Of a DNA stretch of 44,405 nucleotides, positions 22,701 through 36,779 are shown piece after piece. The position numbers were made by a program, and so were the translations under genes. Origin of the DNA: Welwitschia mirabilis (Eukaryota). The DNA is taken from the NCBI GenBank assembly GCA_051453625.1, contig JBOZIK010000001.1, positions 6,318,686 to 6,363,090 of the forward strand, read 5' to 3'. The notes beneath the pieces were generated by a model. That model did no database searches, was not told where the DNA came from, and saw nothing but the letters and a program-made list of their open reading frames with translations. Position 1 is the first letter of the stretch. The number at the start of each line of letters is the position of its first letter.

Positions 22701-22952
22701 TAAACATTGAGTTACATACTATGTGACTAAGTACCAGTATTTTAATGAGTTGATGGATTAATTTCCCTATGATCCCTTGTGTAAAATGTAAATTAAGGAC
22801 TACATCATAACATGTTTAAATTTCCCATAATGGTACAAGTTTATGGGTTTCATATTGAGGCACATTTTCACATTCCAATATCCTAAAAGTAGAGGATATG
22901 AGGAAATAATAGCATTATGATTGATTAATATGATAGGTGACCCTTGGTAAGG

Positions 22953-25900
22953 TGTGAGATCCTATTTTTTCTTACCCTAATTAAGTACCTTTTTTTAAAC
23001 TTGATTTTCTCTTTCTTACTTCTTTAATATTATTAATTAATAGACATAACGGAACTTAAGATCAAGTTTTACTCATTTCTTTATTAGAATTTTTTATATT
23101 TTTGAGAAAAACAAATCATAATATTATTATATATTTACCTATAATTAATTTTTAGGTTATTTTGATTTACAAATAGTAGCAATATCATAAGTTTGTATCC
23201 TCCGTTTCTTCCCATAGAGAAATATCTTGTAAATGGTTAAGAAGATGTAAACTTGTTATAAAAAGACATAGATAAGTCTGAGGATAATACTTAACTAATA
23301 TAATAGGAGGTTGCAACTCCCATTAATGGCATTCTAACTTGATATCCTACTATCCTCTGGACATGATTTGGTTTTACTTTAGGTTATATAATATACAAAC
23401 ATGATTAGGCTTAACTCCTAAGGCTTACAATTCACCTTGATAAACTCCAATATAGGTGACAAGTGGTACATGAGGTGGATGCATGCTTACAATTAATCCT
23501 CACTTCCTTGCAACATTTTCATATTTTTCATATGATGTAACATGCCCTATTAATGTTAAAGGCTTGGGATATTAAGTTAAAGTGAATTCATGCATGGGCA
23601 AGATAGGAGAGTGGTGATCAAATCCACTTCCAGAAGTTTATTATTCAAAAAAATTCAATGTAATCCACTTTGGTGATGAAATCCAATTATGAGGATGATC
23701 ATTATTAAGATTATTTTGATTTAGTCATGTTCAATGAATATACCACATAAATGCATGCATATCATTCTAACTATTATGGATATGTAATGAATTATTTATG
23801 TAGTTATAATAATTCTAATCATTATTGAATTCATTTTATAGACACAATCATACAAAAGATAAAACAAGCATAGTAGAACATCTTTGAATTCCAAATTATA
23901 GTAACGAAAATATAAAAAAAGAAATAATCCTTTTTCTCCAATAATAATAATAATATCCAAAATATATCAAATCATATCTTAATAATGTACTTAAAAAACT
24001 AATCCATACCTAGAGCTATGTCAATCCTAGAAGCATCCTTCCATGCTCATATGACAATCTCCATGGTTATGTGTAATGAAGATAAACAAAAGGAAGTATA
24101 GCCCAAGCATGTTTATTACGACATNNNNNNNNNNNNNNNNNNNNNNNNNNNNNNNNNNNNNNNNNNNNNNNNNNNNNNNNNNNNNNNNNNNNNNNNNNNN
24201 NNNNNNNNNNNNNNNNNNNNNNNNGTATCCTCCATTTCTTCCCATAAAGGGATATCTTGTAAATGGTTAAGAAAATGTAAACTTATTATAAAACAAACAT
24301 AGATAAGTTTGAGGATAATACTTAACCAATATAATAGGAGGTTGCAACTCTCATTAATGGCATTCTAACTTGATATCCTACTATCCTCTGGACTTGATTT
24401 GGTTTTACTTCAGGTTATATGATATACAAACATGATTAGGCTTAACTTTGTAGGCTTACAATTTACCTTGATATACTCCAATATAGATGATAAGTGGTAC
24501 GTGAGGTGGATGCATGCTTACAACTAATCCTCACTTCCTTGAAACATCTCCATATGATGTAACATGCCCTATTAATGTTAAAGGCTTGGGATATTAAGTC
24601 AAAGTGAATTCATGCATGGGCAAGGTAGGAGAGTGATGATCAAATCCACTTCTAGAAGTTTATTATTAAAAAAAATTCAATGTAATTCACCTTGGTGATG
24701 AAATCCAACCATGAGGATGATCATTATTAAGATTATTTTGATTTAGTCCTGTTCAATGAATATACCACATAAATGCATGCATATCATTCTAACTATTGTG
24801 GATATGTAATGAATTATTTATGTAGTTATAATAATTCTAATCATGATTGGATTCATTTTATAGAAACAATCATACAAAAGAGAAAACAAGCATAGTATAA
24901 CATTTTTGGCTTTCAAATTATAGTAATGAAAATATAAAAGAAGAAATAATCCTTTTTCTCCAATAATAACAATAATATCCAAAATATATCAAATCACATC
25001 TTAATAATGTACTTAAAGAAACTAATCCATACCTAGAGCTATGTCAATCCTAGAAGCATCCTTCCATGCTTATATGACAATCTCCATGGTTATGTGCAAT
25101 GAAGATAAACAAAAGGAAGTATAGCCCAAGCTTGTTTATTAAGACATAATTCTTTATCTAAGACTCATATGGCTATATCGTAATTCAAAAAAATACATGA
25201 TAAATTAAGGACTATTCATGTTACTTAAACTANNNNNNNNNNNNNNNNNNNNNNNNNNNNNNNNNNNNNNNNNNNNNNNNNNNNNNNNNNNNNNNNNNNN
25301 NNTCCTAATAAAATATCATTCCTAAGTAATGTGACTTAAGGCTACTGATAACAACTTGTATTATATACTTAAATTACCTCTATACTTTTATTTAATATTT
25401 CCTCTATAATGTAAGACATTAACTATAAAGTTTTTGGGCTCTAAAGAGACATCGTTATCAAAAAATAATAATTAATTAATTATGAAATAAAAAAATAAAT
25501 TATGGTAGGCTATTGTAAACTAGACTCATAGTATGATCCTTATAAAATAACTTAAGCTATATTAGAATCATAAAAATATTATTTCTAAGGTCATGATTTA
25601 AGGATTAAAAACTGTCAAAGTTTCTAAATTTACATTCCTATCGCACTACACTAAAATAACCATCACTTTTAAAATACTTTGTGTTTTTAAACGATTCAAG
25701 ATGTTTTAGAAATATTATTTAATTCTCTATTAATTAGGATTCTCTAGTTTATAGATAGTTTAACTGTTAGTTACAAAAATATCAATTAATTGCTTATTAT
25801 TTTCTGCATTTATTTCCTAACATATTTTAATAAATAATTTTTTAAAAAATTACTAAAAATAAACAAAAATTAATATTTTAAAATTTTAAAAATCATAACA

Positions 25901-28482
25901 TAATCTTAGAATTAAGAAAAAATTTCATTAATTTATACCTATTATGTAATAAGCTGTGNNNNNNNNNNNNNNNNNNNNNNNNNNNNNNNNNNNNNNNNNN
26001 NNNNNNNNNNNNNNNNNNNNNNNNNNNNNNNNNNNNNNNNNNNNNNNNNNNNNNNNNNTACCTATTATGTAATGAGCTGTGGTGTTCCTAACCTATGCCT
26101 TATCTTTTGTTATAAAAACATAGTAAAGATTCTACAACAAATTATGCAATACTTTGAATTAGTCCAATAATGAATATAATAGCTAAACTAATTATTTATA
26201 ATATATCTTAACTACACATTAGTAATGGAAATCAATATAGAAATAAAAATCAAATCAGTTCACAAAAGTAGTTATCATAAGCCTTAGGATTATGATAAAA
26301 GAGTACTAGCATAAAAGAGATTTTTAAGGATCACACCTTTGTCCCTCATAATGGATGAAAAATATAATATTATGCATATCAATACAAAACAAACATGAAT
26401 ACCCAAAGGTTTTTTTTTTTTTTTTTTAAATAGTGAACCCTTTGGCTACTTGGCCATTATCATATATTGATAACCTTCATCATTAAACACAAGAGACTCC
26501 TCATATCTACCTAACATCTTAGTGAGAGCTAATGAGAGGGACTGAAAAAAAATATAATTTCAAGATAAACNNNNNNNNNNNNNNNNNNNNNNNNNNNNNN
26601 NNNNNNNNNNNNNNNNNNNNNNNNNNNNNNNNNNNNNNNNNNNNNNNNNNNNNNNNNNNNNNNNNNNNNNAAGAGACTCCTCATATCTACCTAACATCTT
26701 AGTGAGAGCTAATGAGAGGGAATGAAAAAAAATATAATTTCAAGATAAACATAAATAATGGCCTAATGCAATATGTTAGAACTCAACTAGAATCTTTAAA
26801 AGAGATCATATGAACAACATGAGTGAAGACCTTACTTAGAAAGATTAGTATGTCCTTCATGGTTGAAGGTGATAAAGATCCAATCTCAAGAATCCTTAGT
26901 TTCAAGCTTTTAAGCTCCAAGCTTCACAAGAAAGAGATCGTGAAGGGAGAGATGAAAGAAGAAAATACATTTGCATGGAAAATAAAAAAATATCTCCTTT
27001 TTTTGGTAAAAGAGGAAAGGGTCTCTATATATAGATAAACTAAAGGCGTATAGTTCAAGATAATAAGATCACATGTTTTATCACTGATAAATGGAATGAA
27101 TAATAAGTGACATTAGAGTATAAAAAGAAACATCATATATATGACTCATTCACCTAATTAGGGTGAGTAATTTTCTTTCTTTAATTAGCAAGATTAATTA
27201 CATGCATTATTTCCTCATGCTAGATCCTTCTTAATCCTTCATAGGCTCATAAGTATGTTTAGTTCATCTTAGACATACATCAAAAGAATAAATGCATAAA
27301 TCTTAGAATTATCATATGGCATAATGCAATAAACCCTTCAGTTCCAATTAACAAAACAATAAATATGTTATGAACTAAGTGCTCTTACACATTTTATGAA
27401 GATAAAAGTCATAGTAGAGTAAATCTACTCATTTATCATTCTTGGTTTTAGGTAAGAATGCGTGTACTTATTCACATGCTTATTTATTTCGTAATGTATA
27501 GAATCTATCAATTACATAATAGAAAGAATAAAGCATATNNNNNNNNNNNNNNNNNNNNNNNNNNNNNNNNNNNNNNNNNNNNNNNNNNNNNNNNNNNNNN
27601 NNNNNNNNNNNNNNNNNNNNNNNNNNNNNNNNNNNNNNNNNNNNNNNNNNNNNNNNNNNNNNNNNNNNNNNNNNNNNNNNNNNNNNNNNNNNNNNNNNNN
27701 NNNNNNNNNNNNNNNNNNNNNNNNNNNNNNNNNNNNNNNNNNNNNNNNNNNNNNNNNNNNNNNNNNNNNNNNNNNNNNNNNNNNNNNNNNNNNNNNNNNN
27801 NNNNNNNNNNNNNNNNNNNNNNNNNNNNNNNNNNNNNNNNNNNNNNNNNNNNNNNNNNNNNNNNNNNNNNNNNNNNNNNNNNNNNNNNNNNNNNNNNNNN
27901 NNNNNNNNNNNNNNNNNNNNNNNNNNNNNNNNNNNNNNNNNNNNNNNNNNNNNNNNNNNNNNNNNNNNNNNNNNNNNNNNNNNNNNNNNNNNNNNNNNNN
28001 NNNNNNNNNNNNNNNNNNNNNNNNNNNNNNNNNNNNNNNNNNNNNNNNNNNNNNNNNNNNNNNNNNNNNNNNNNNNNNNNNNNNNNNNNNNNNNNNNNNN
28101 NNNNNNNNNNNNNNNNNNNNNNNNNNNNNNNNNNNNNNNNNNNNNNNNNNNNNNNNNNNNNNNNNNNNNNNNNNNNNNNNNNNNNNNNNNNNNNNNNNNN
28201 NNNNNNNNNNNNNNNNNNNNNNNNNNNNNNNNNNNNNNNNNNNNNNNNNNNNNNNNNNNNNNNNNNNNNNNNNNNNNNNNNNNNNNNNNNNNNNNNNNNN
28301 NNTTTCTAATAAAATCTTCATAACATAATTTTTATCATTTCCATAGTAAATTATGAAAACTACAAGCTAAATACCATCTTATTTTGATAAGGCCTTTAAA
28401 GAAGACTAATTCATCATTTGATTAGGAGCTTAATATGATTAATATCCAAGTCATTAAGGTTTACAAAATGGGGGGTATGACA
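22953..28482 (-). mobile_element. Long solo LTR (family A, Gypsy Del/Tekay-like) with 5-bp TSD TAAGG
   Basis: TAAGG at 22948-22952 and 28483-28487; termini TGTGA...GGGGGTATGACA. TATA-like CTATATATAG at ~27025 has a purine-rich tract on its left, suggesting minus orientation. The length is inflated by gaps and a duplicated block. Confidence 0.8.
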
Positions 28483-29985
28483 TAAGGTCATGGTCCATAA
28501 TAATAAAGATATATATTTTTAGGTTACCTAATATGGTAGATGTATGATTTGTTTCTTTACATACATGGAGCCATGTCACTCTAAGTTTAATAGCTAGTGA
28601 TGCTATGGGACTAATTTCATCTAAGTCATTTGTACCTCAAGTTATGCCAACATATAGTAAGATTCATAAAATCTTAATTCTTGTTAGGTGAGATTAATAA
28701 TTAATGAGCATACAACCATGATGGAAAAACATTAATCCTAGATATATAAATACTAGATTACATTCTAATACAAAATGGTGTTGATTGTGTTTCAATTCTA
28801 AATTATTTTCTTAACTTATCTCTTTCCTCTTAATTTTCCTTTTCTATTTAACTTAATATATCCATTTTTCTAATATGATTTTAGAGAAGTAGGTTAAGGT
28901 TTACTTTGTATTACTTTGTTAACTCGTATAGAATCTTAAGACTAAGGAAAAATTCCATGGAAATTTGTACCAACCATTTTTATATTTAGTAATTTGTTAT
29001 TTCAAATCTAAGTTGTTATAGTAGTCATACCCTTCTTTCCACATATTTTAGCAATTTCTACATTTGTATAAATAAAATATTAACCCCAAAGGATAATATT
29101 CCTTATAGGTTAACCTCCAAATTATTAGAGGAATAGGAGGAGAAAAATTGATGTAGATAAAATTGAGGGAAGTACAACTCTCAAACATTGAAGATTTGAC
29201 ATCATACAATCAAATGTCATATGCCCATATTTCATGTGCATAGGATGCCCATGTGTTAGATACTAGAAGACACTAAATGCCTAGGCACTACATGCTAGAA
29301 ACATTTAACATTCACGTACAAACACCCAAAGATTTTGAATTCTAATAAACAAGGTTGCATTCCGAAATTTCAAAGAACATCGTAACCACAGAGGTATCAA
29401 ATTTTTTAGTGTTAAACCTTGCAAGGAAGCAAGATGTATAATGCTCAAAGAAAACATAAATGAAGGCATTTAGATGTTAGATGCCTAAGGAACCATGTTG
29501 AATGTCTAAATTTTTCATGCCCTAGTTGGATGTCTAAGGAACACATTGGATGTTCAAATTTCTCATGCCTAGGCTAGATGCCTAAAATAAGGTTGGCTTC
29601 CAGAGTTGAGATTATATGCCTAAGAAGATATTAAACACTTAGGAGAATCTTGTAGGCTAAAATTAAGATATTTTTATATAAGGAATTTATTTAAAGGTAG
29701 TACATTGTATAAGCCAATATATCAAATTAAACATACTTGGATAACCTCCTAAAAAAAGTTTTAGTTAATTAGTACATAGAAAATTTCATAATATTGCTTT
29801 ATTATATTTGAGTCATCATTTTATCATGTTAGAGGCTTAAAATTAATTGTTTAGATAGTGCCAATTGTGAACTACTCTTTGCTAGGTATGTAATCTATGA
29901 AAACTTAAAATGATGTATCTAAAATAGTTTAGATATTATGCTATTTTACTAGTCATAAGAAGAGGCATTTTAGTAGGACCTATAA

Positions 29986-29989
<4 letters not shown>

Positions 29990-30036
<47 letters not shown>
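29990..30036. repeat. (TA)n microsatellite
   Basis: Directly visible. Confidence 0.97.
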
Positions 30037-30040
<4 letters not shown>

Positions 30041-30079
30041 GGCTAGTAGAAGCACCTAGTAAAAAGTGAAAATGTTAAT

Positions 30080-32320
30080 AAATTGCATGATAGACATTTA
30101 TCTCATTTTGGATGACGAGTCTATATAAAGATCATATTATAGACTCATCTTCATAGACAAATTTGAGAAAATGTACAAAGATAATTTAGAACTAGGATAG
30201 TGATCTATTACTAGCATTGAGTGATGATGATATTAAAAAAGAGATAGGTATTAATGAATATTATCTTATTGACCTTTTTTAGTGGCAAATGAACATAATC
30301 ATTCCATGTTATAGAAAGTGCATTAATGTATGTAATTATAAAAACATTAAAAAAAAATTTTATTAAGAAATAACATATGGAGTTCAACTATTATTTTGGT
30401 AAGATTAACACTACGTATGTGGAAATGGAGAAGGAATTATATGTAGTTAATGAAATTGAAGGTGTTAATGAGTTTCCTTTTTAAATTTCAAACAAGTAAG
30501 ATAGAGATTACATGGTGATCAATGGAGATACTAAATAAGAAAAGATCTACAAATAGAGAGCTCCATAGAGAAAGGAGGAGAATCAAATAGAATTTAAATC
30601 CTGATGCTATGAATAATAGCATGCTTGAGAGAGGGATGGAAGGAATTAAAGGTTTTATTATTGCAAGTACCTTAATTCTAGAGCTTTCATAGTTCTGATA
30701 AAATCTTGTAATGAATTAAGAACCATTCCCATCATTTCAAGGCATTACTAGGCTTACCAAAGCTAATAAGGATTGAGAGATTAAAATATAATGCTAGCTT
30801 AAAATGTGGCTAGCCTATTCCAAAGTAGAAGAAGCTACTAACATGACTAGAAAGTATGAACAAGGGATTCTTCAATACCATAGTAAAAAAAGAGGGGCAT
30901 ATATACTATAAAATGAAAAAATATACCCTCAAATTAAAGCCTAATATGAAGAAGTAATTCATTGAAGATATGAATTTTATGAGGAGATGGAATCTTTCAA
31001 TTATAGGGGGGAAAATTCTTCCATGAGTTCTTTGAGAGTTAAATGAATAAATTTTATTCATATGCATGGAGATTGGATTATTCTAAAATAAAAAATGGTT
31101 CATAAAACTATAATGCACGTGTCTATAGGGAGAGCTCAATTTATCCATCAATTTAACTCCTTTTACTTCATTGTTATGAATCATAATATATAAAGAAATA
31201 GTGCCAAATAATAGAAGTAGATAAGAATATCTAGGAAGAAATTTAGGGGGAAATGGTTGAGAGAATACGAGAAAAATAATAGGAGAATAGAATTAAAAAA
31301 AAGGAAATGAGGGAAGGGGTAGTTATAAATATAGAAAATAGGAAAATTGATAGGTGAAAGAAGGTATTTGTTCATATCCATTATGCATTTCCTTAAAAAT
31401 AAAATAATATTAAAATGGGAATATTGATGCTTTAATAGTTAATGAAACTTTTCCAATAAGGATCTACAAGGAGATAAACATCTCGAATAGAACCCATCAG
31501 TGCTAGCAAGGATTTTATCATAGATAATNNNNNNNNNNNNNNNNNNNNNNNNNNNNNNNNNNNNNNNNNNNNNNNNNNNNNNNNNNNNNNNNNNNNNNNN
31601 NNNNNNNNNNNNNNNNNNNNNNNNNNNNNNNNNNNNNNNNNNNNNNNNNNNNNNNNNNNNNNNNNNNNNNNNNNNNNNNNNNNNNNNNNNNNNNNNNNNN
31701 NNNNNNNNNNNNNNNNNNNNNNNNNNNNNNNNNNNNNNNNNNNNNNNNNNNNNNNNNNNNNNNNNNNNNNNNNNNNNNNNNNNNNNNNNNNNNNNNNNNN
31801 NNNNNNNNNNNNNNNNNNNNNNNNNNNNNNNNNNNNNNNNNNNNNNNNNNNNNNNNNNNNNNNNNNNNNNNNNNNNNNNNNNNNNNNNNNNNNNNNNNNN
31901 NNNNNNNNNNNNNNNNNNNNNNNNNNNNNNNNNNNNNNNNNNNNNNNNNNNNNNNNNNNNNNNNNNNNNNNNNNNNNNNNNNNNNNNNNNNNNNNNNNNN
32001 NAATAGAACCCATCAGTGCTAGCAAGGAATAATTAGAAAATAGTTTTTCTACACAAAGAGAAACCTCTAAGCAGCTAATTTTGAGTCTTTTGATGAATCT
32101 TCTCAATAACTCATGATCACAACTATGAAGGAGAGATATTAAAGCCAAAAGACATGAATAAGCTTAAAAACCTCACTTGATATGATGTTGTGCTTCATAT
32201 AATCTTGTAATTATTAATTGAATTAAGAGAAAAAATAAGTAGTTTTATCCTAGTTAATGTTAGATGTAGAATATTAGCAATAGATATTTAGACATTGAAG
32301 CAAGGAAGTAATGTTAGAGG
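30080..32320 (+). mobile_element. Highly degraded gag-like region of a Gypsy element
   Basis: Purine-rich coding-like strand with scraps such as FIDKFEKMYKDNL and YSKVEEATNMTRKYEQG (cf. gag P.TL.EA...A..YE); many stops. Confidence 0.4.
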
Positions 32321-32323
32321 GAG

Positions 32324-35300
32324 TGTTACAAACCAAGATAAAAGAGTCACTAGCATAGTGGTCATTACAAAACTAGATAGATTGATTGGAAATGGAAATA
32401 TCATGAAGAAATCCTAAAGTTAAGCAAGACTCAATAAAATGGCCTAGAGCATCTACTCTAATGATAAATAAATAAGGAACTAAAAGGAAGCCTTAATGAA
32501 CTAGCCTCTTTAATTAAAATTAAGCAAAGGTACATCCATTGATACGAATCAAAGTTGCAACATCCACATTTTTCACATAAAAACTGTGAATTTTACTGTG
32601 ACACTAAAATGTAATGTTCTTAATATATATTACCAAAACTATGAATCAATTACAGTTATACATGATAAAAAGAAAGTTATACTCTGACACCAAAATTCAA
32701 GGTCCATAATTTTAGACAAAAACTTCAAAATGTTAAGTCTATCAAGGCATCAAGATAAGCAAAAAGAAATTAAATCATTTAAGCCAATTTATAACAGAAA
32801 GGAGTTCTACTCATAAAACTATAACAGTACAATAGCAGAATAATTAAGCTCAAATTGTAGAAAATAAATTATTAACTAAGAATAAAAAGTGACAATAAAT
32901 TTTTTAAGGAAAGATATATCCATGATAATAATCTTAAAGATATAATGTTACAAGTCTATTNNNNNNNNNNNNNNNNNNNNNNNNNNNNNNNNNNNNNNNN
33001 NNNNNNNNNNNNNNNNNNNNNNNNNNNNNNNNNNNNNNNNNNNNNNNNNNNNNNNNNNNNAATTAAGCTCAAATTGTAGGAAATAAATTATTAACTAAGA
33101 AAACAAAGTGACATTAAATTTTTTAAGGAAAGACATATCCATGATAATAATCTTAAAGATTACAATTCTATTACAGGTGAAAGACTCCTAGAAGTCAATC
33201 ATAATACATAATAGATTACAAGTTACCATGGTAAACAATCACTCCAATTTAATATTTTCAAGTAAAAGTTGGATAATTAATATTTTATTTCCATATGTCC
33301 TCCTTAGTAAGATAAATTAACTTTATTATGCTCTAGTATTTTTCACCTATTCAACACAAAGAGTATGGAGTAAGACTTGTAAAATTATCACAGCTCCTAG
33401 TATGGCCTAGGTAAAGTAAAGATAAAGGTTAAATAATTCCAAGACATAAAGTAAACATGACAAGAATAAGGTCTCAAGATATAGATTTATGAAAATAAAA
33501 TAAGAATAACTAAATTTTAATAATTATTTGTATATTTTTCTTTCACTACTTCACTTAATGATCTGTGGAGTCTATTGTCTTATTTGGCAGTTGGCGNNNN
33601 NNNNNNNNNNNNNNNNNNNNNNNNNNNNNNNNNNNNNNNNNNNNNNNNNNNNNNNNNNNNNNNNNNNNNNNNNNNNNNNNNNNNNNNNNNNNNNNNNNNN
33701 NNNNNNNNNNNNNNNNNNNNNNNNNNNNNNNNNNNNNNNNNNNNNNNNNNNNNNNNNNNNNNNNNNNNNNNNNNNNNNNNNNNNNNNNNNNNNNNNNNNN
33801 NNNNNNNNNNNNNNNNNNNNNNNNNNNNNNNNNNNNNNNNNNNNNNNNNNNNNNNNNNNNNNNNNNNNNNNNNNNNNNNNNNNNNNNNNNNNNNNNNNNN
33901 NNNNNNNNNNNNNNNNNNNNNNNNNNNNNNNNNNNNNNNNNNNNNNNNNNNNNNNNNNNNNNNNNNNNNNNNNNNNNNNNNNNNNNNNNNNNNNNNNNNN
34001 NNNNNNNNNNNNNNNNNNNNNNNNNNNNNNNNNNNNNNNNNNNNNNNNNNNNNNNNNNNNNNNTAATATTTTATTTCCATATCTCCTCCTTAGTAAGATA
34101 AAATAACTTTATTATGCTCTAGTATTTTTCCAACTGTTCAACACAAAGAGTATGGAGTAAGAATTGTAAAATTATCACAGCTCCTAGTATGGACTAGGTA
34201 AAGTAAATATAAAGGTTAAATGATTCCAAGACATAAAGTAAACATGACAAGAATAAGGTCTCAAGAGATAGATTTATGAAAATGAAATAAGAATAACTAA
34301 ATTNNNNNNNNNNNNNNNNNNNNNNNNNNNNNNNNNNNNNNNNNNNNNNNNNNNNNNNNNNNNNNNNNNNNNNNNNNNNNNNNNNNNNNNNNATTTGATT
34401 ACCTCATTTAGTAATCTGTGGGTTTCTCATTCTCCACTGTCCCATTTAGTGATTTGTGGAGTCCATTACCTCATGATCTATCAATCCCACTACCTCATTT
34501 GGTGATCTATAGGTTTTTCATTCTCCATTGCCTCATTGGCAATCTATGAAGTCCACTGCCTTATTCGGTGATCTTTGGATCTATCAATTCCACTGCCTCA
34601 TCCAACGATTTGTGGATTTCTCATTTTTCATTGCCTCATTCAGTGATCTGTGGAGTTTACTACCTCATTAAGTAATCTGTGGATCTATTATTTCCACTAC
34701 CTCATTCAATAATCTATGGGTTCTCACATTCCACTGCCTCATTTGATGGTCTGTGAAATTCTCATTTCCATAAGTATTTAAAGATTATAAGATATCATAA
34801 GAAGATGCAAGATTCATTATCACACATCACAAAGATTTCTAATAAGATATCAATTCCTATGAATTTATACAAAATTAAATTTTGGAAATACAATCACACT
34901 CACATAAGTTCCAAACTAGTATAAAAAAGTAATACACCTTAAACTTTTATAGGGTTTATCAAGAAAGAAATAGAAATAAGTGCTTATAAACAAGTAATAC
35001 ATCTCAAATTTTACAAGATTTTTCAAGAAAGAAATAAATTCATTAAGAAACAAGAACCTATCTAGATCTTAACAAGGATGCAACAATAAAGGAAACATAT
35101 AGAAATGTAAATAAATCTAAGATCATAACCATGAATCCAAGTGAACTTTTCCAAGCTTTAAGATTGCTACACTTAAGCTTCAAAGACTCTAAGCTTTTAA
35201 GGACTTCAAAAATTTTAAGCTCTAAGGTACAAGGTCATCAATGTCCACCTCTAGAAGATACTCCATATAACAAGACTAAATAAAAGGGAGTCCNNNNNNN

Positions 35301-35979
35301 NNNNNNNNNNNNNNNNNNNNNNNNNNNNNNNNNNNNNNNNNNNNNNNNNNNNNNNNNNNNNNNNNNNNNNNNNNNNNNNNNNNNNNNNNNNNNAAGATCA
35401 TCAATGTCCAACTCTAGAAGATATTCCATATAACAAGACTAAAGAAAAGGGAGTCCTATTTACAATAATAAGAAGAAAAGGTATTAAGAATTTTAATGGA
35501 TACATACAAGTCACTACTATTCTTTGAAAAACAATTAAGATTCCCTAACCCCTAATCATTACTTTACCTAGCCACTAGATACATTCAATATTTCATCATC
35601 ATAATAATAAATGATCAACATGCAACTACTTGTAATTATTACAATAAAGAATTAAAACAAGCCCTTTAGTAAGTAATTGCAAACATCAAGACGCCACTAA
35701 ATGATTATCATTAAATAAACAAGAAATACTATGAAATAATATTTTTAATTATGGTGGTTATAGAAAAAGAAATCATTTAAGATAATAATTACAACATATC
35801 AAGTTTTAACAAAGTAAAGAATTACATCTCAAATAATAATATACTAATAAATAAGAACAAATCGAGAATTTAGTAATTAAATCAACTTAGTAGATCCTAC
35901 TAGATAAAAATTATTTTTGTTTAGCTTATATTTAACTATTTGGGCTAAATCCTTTAACTTCAAAAATCTAGATGTAACA
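32324..35979 (-). mobile_element. Long LTR-like segment with inverted termini TGTTACA...TGTAACA
   Basis: Perfect 7-bp inverted ends at 32324 and 35979; reversed TATA-like CCTATTTAC at ~35455; internal minisatellite. There is no clean TSD (GGGAG vs AAAGC). Confidence 0.5.
34393..34772. repeat. Minisatellite with ~26-bp core CCACTGCCTCATTYGGTGATCTGTGG and three alternating tails (about 11 units; further units at 33541-33596)
   Basis: Directly visible; the array runs into gaps. Confidence 0.9.
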
Positions 35980-36647
35980 AAAGCATAAACATCTAAAAAA
36001 AGCATGCATGTATCTAAGAAAGCCTTATCTAATGCCAATTTGTTGGGTCATTTTTAAAATAAAATTCTATAAAATCCTTTTTGCACTTTCCAGTAGTCAA
36101 TCTTTAGGGAAATCAAATCTCGAATAGATTGGGATTCATACTTTCAAGCTTTAGCTAGACTAATAATATTGCTTAAAATAAAGTAATCTCTAATAAATAC
36201 ATATTATTCTAGCTTGATGATAATGGAAAACAAGTTTTTTAACCTACTAGTGAGGGCTTTGTTAAGTATCTTGCATAAAGTATTCAATAAAGTAATAAGC
36301 CACTAATCTTTGGTTTGATTCCTACAATTACTTTGTAGAATCAAATTGATTAGATTAGTAATAGTAAATTTGCTAAAAAAGATAAAAGCTATAGATTCTT
36401 TATAAACTTCATAGAGTAAATCATTACTTACATTCCAAAAATGCTTATGAAATTTAATAAGAAAACCATATATTCTAGGAGCCTTACCATCTTTCATTTG
36501 TTTCATAATATTAACAATTTTCTCAAAATATAGATATTGATTTAGGATGTAAACCAAATTAGCTAGAAGAAGATATGGTTTTTGAGTTCTTACTAAGTTT
36601 AGTTTTTAGTGATAAAATCAGCTCATAATTAGAAAGTTAAATAAACT
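35980..36647 (-). mobile_element. L1 LINE reverse-transcriptase fragment
   Basis: MKDGKAPRIYGFLIKFHKHFW (cf. KAPGPDGF..EFYK.FW), followed in frame by KD*WLITLLNTLCKILNKALTSRLK (cf. WRPITLLN..YKI..K.L..RL). Confidence 0.85.
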
Positions 36648-36779
36648 TGTAACACCCCAACTTTAATTACCCTAATTAACCATTTTTTTTTTGTTATTAA
36701 CTATCATGCACAACGGAACCTAAGATCAAATCCTAATTAGACTCTGTTAACACATTATAAGATTTAAATAATTAGAAAA
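36648..36779. mobile_element. Start of another family-A-related LTR (runs into a gap)
   Basis: TGTAACACCCC...TACCCTAATTAA...AACGGAACCTAAGATCAA matches 22953+ and 42116+. Confidence 0.65.

Noticed and set aside
34393..34772. CRISPR array
   Set aside because: Eukaryotic context, the 'spacers' are short and recur cyclically, the repeats are degenerate, and there are no cas genes.
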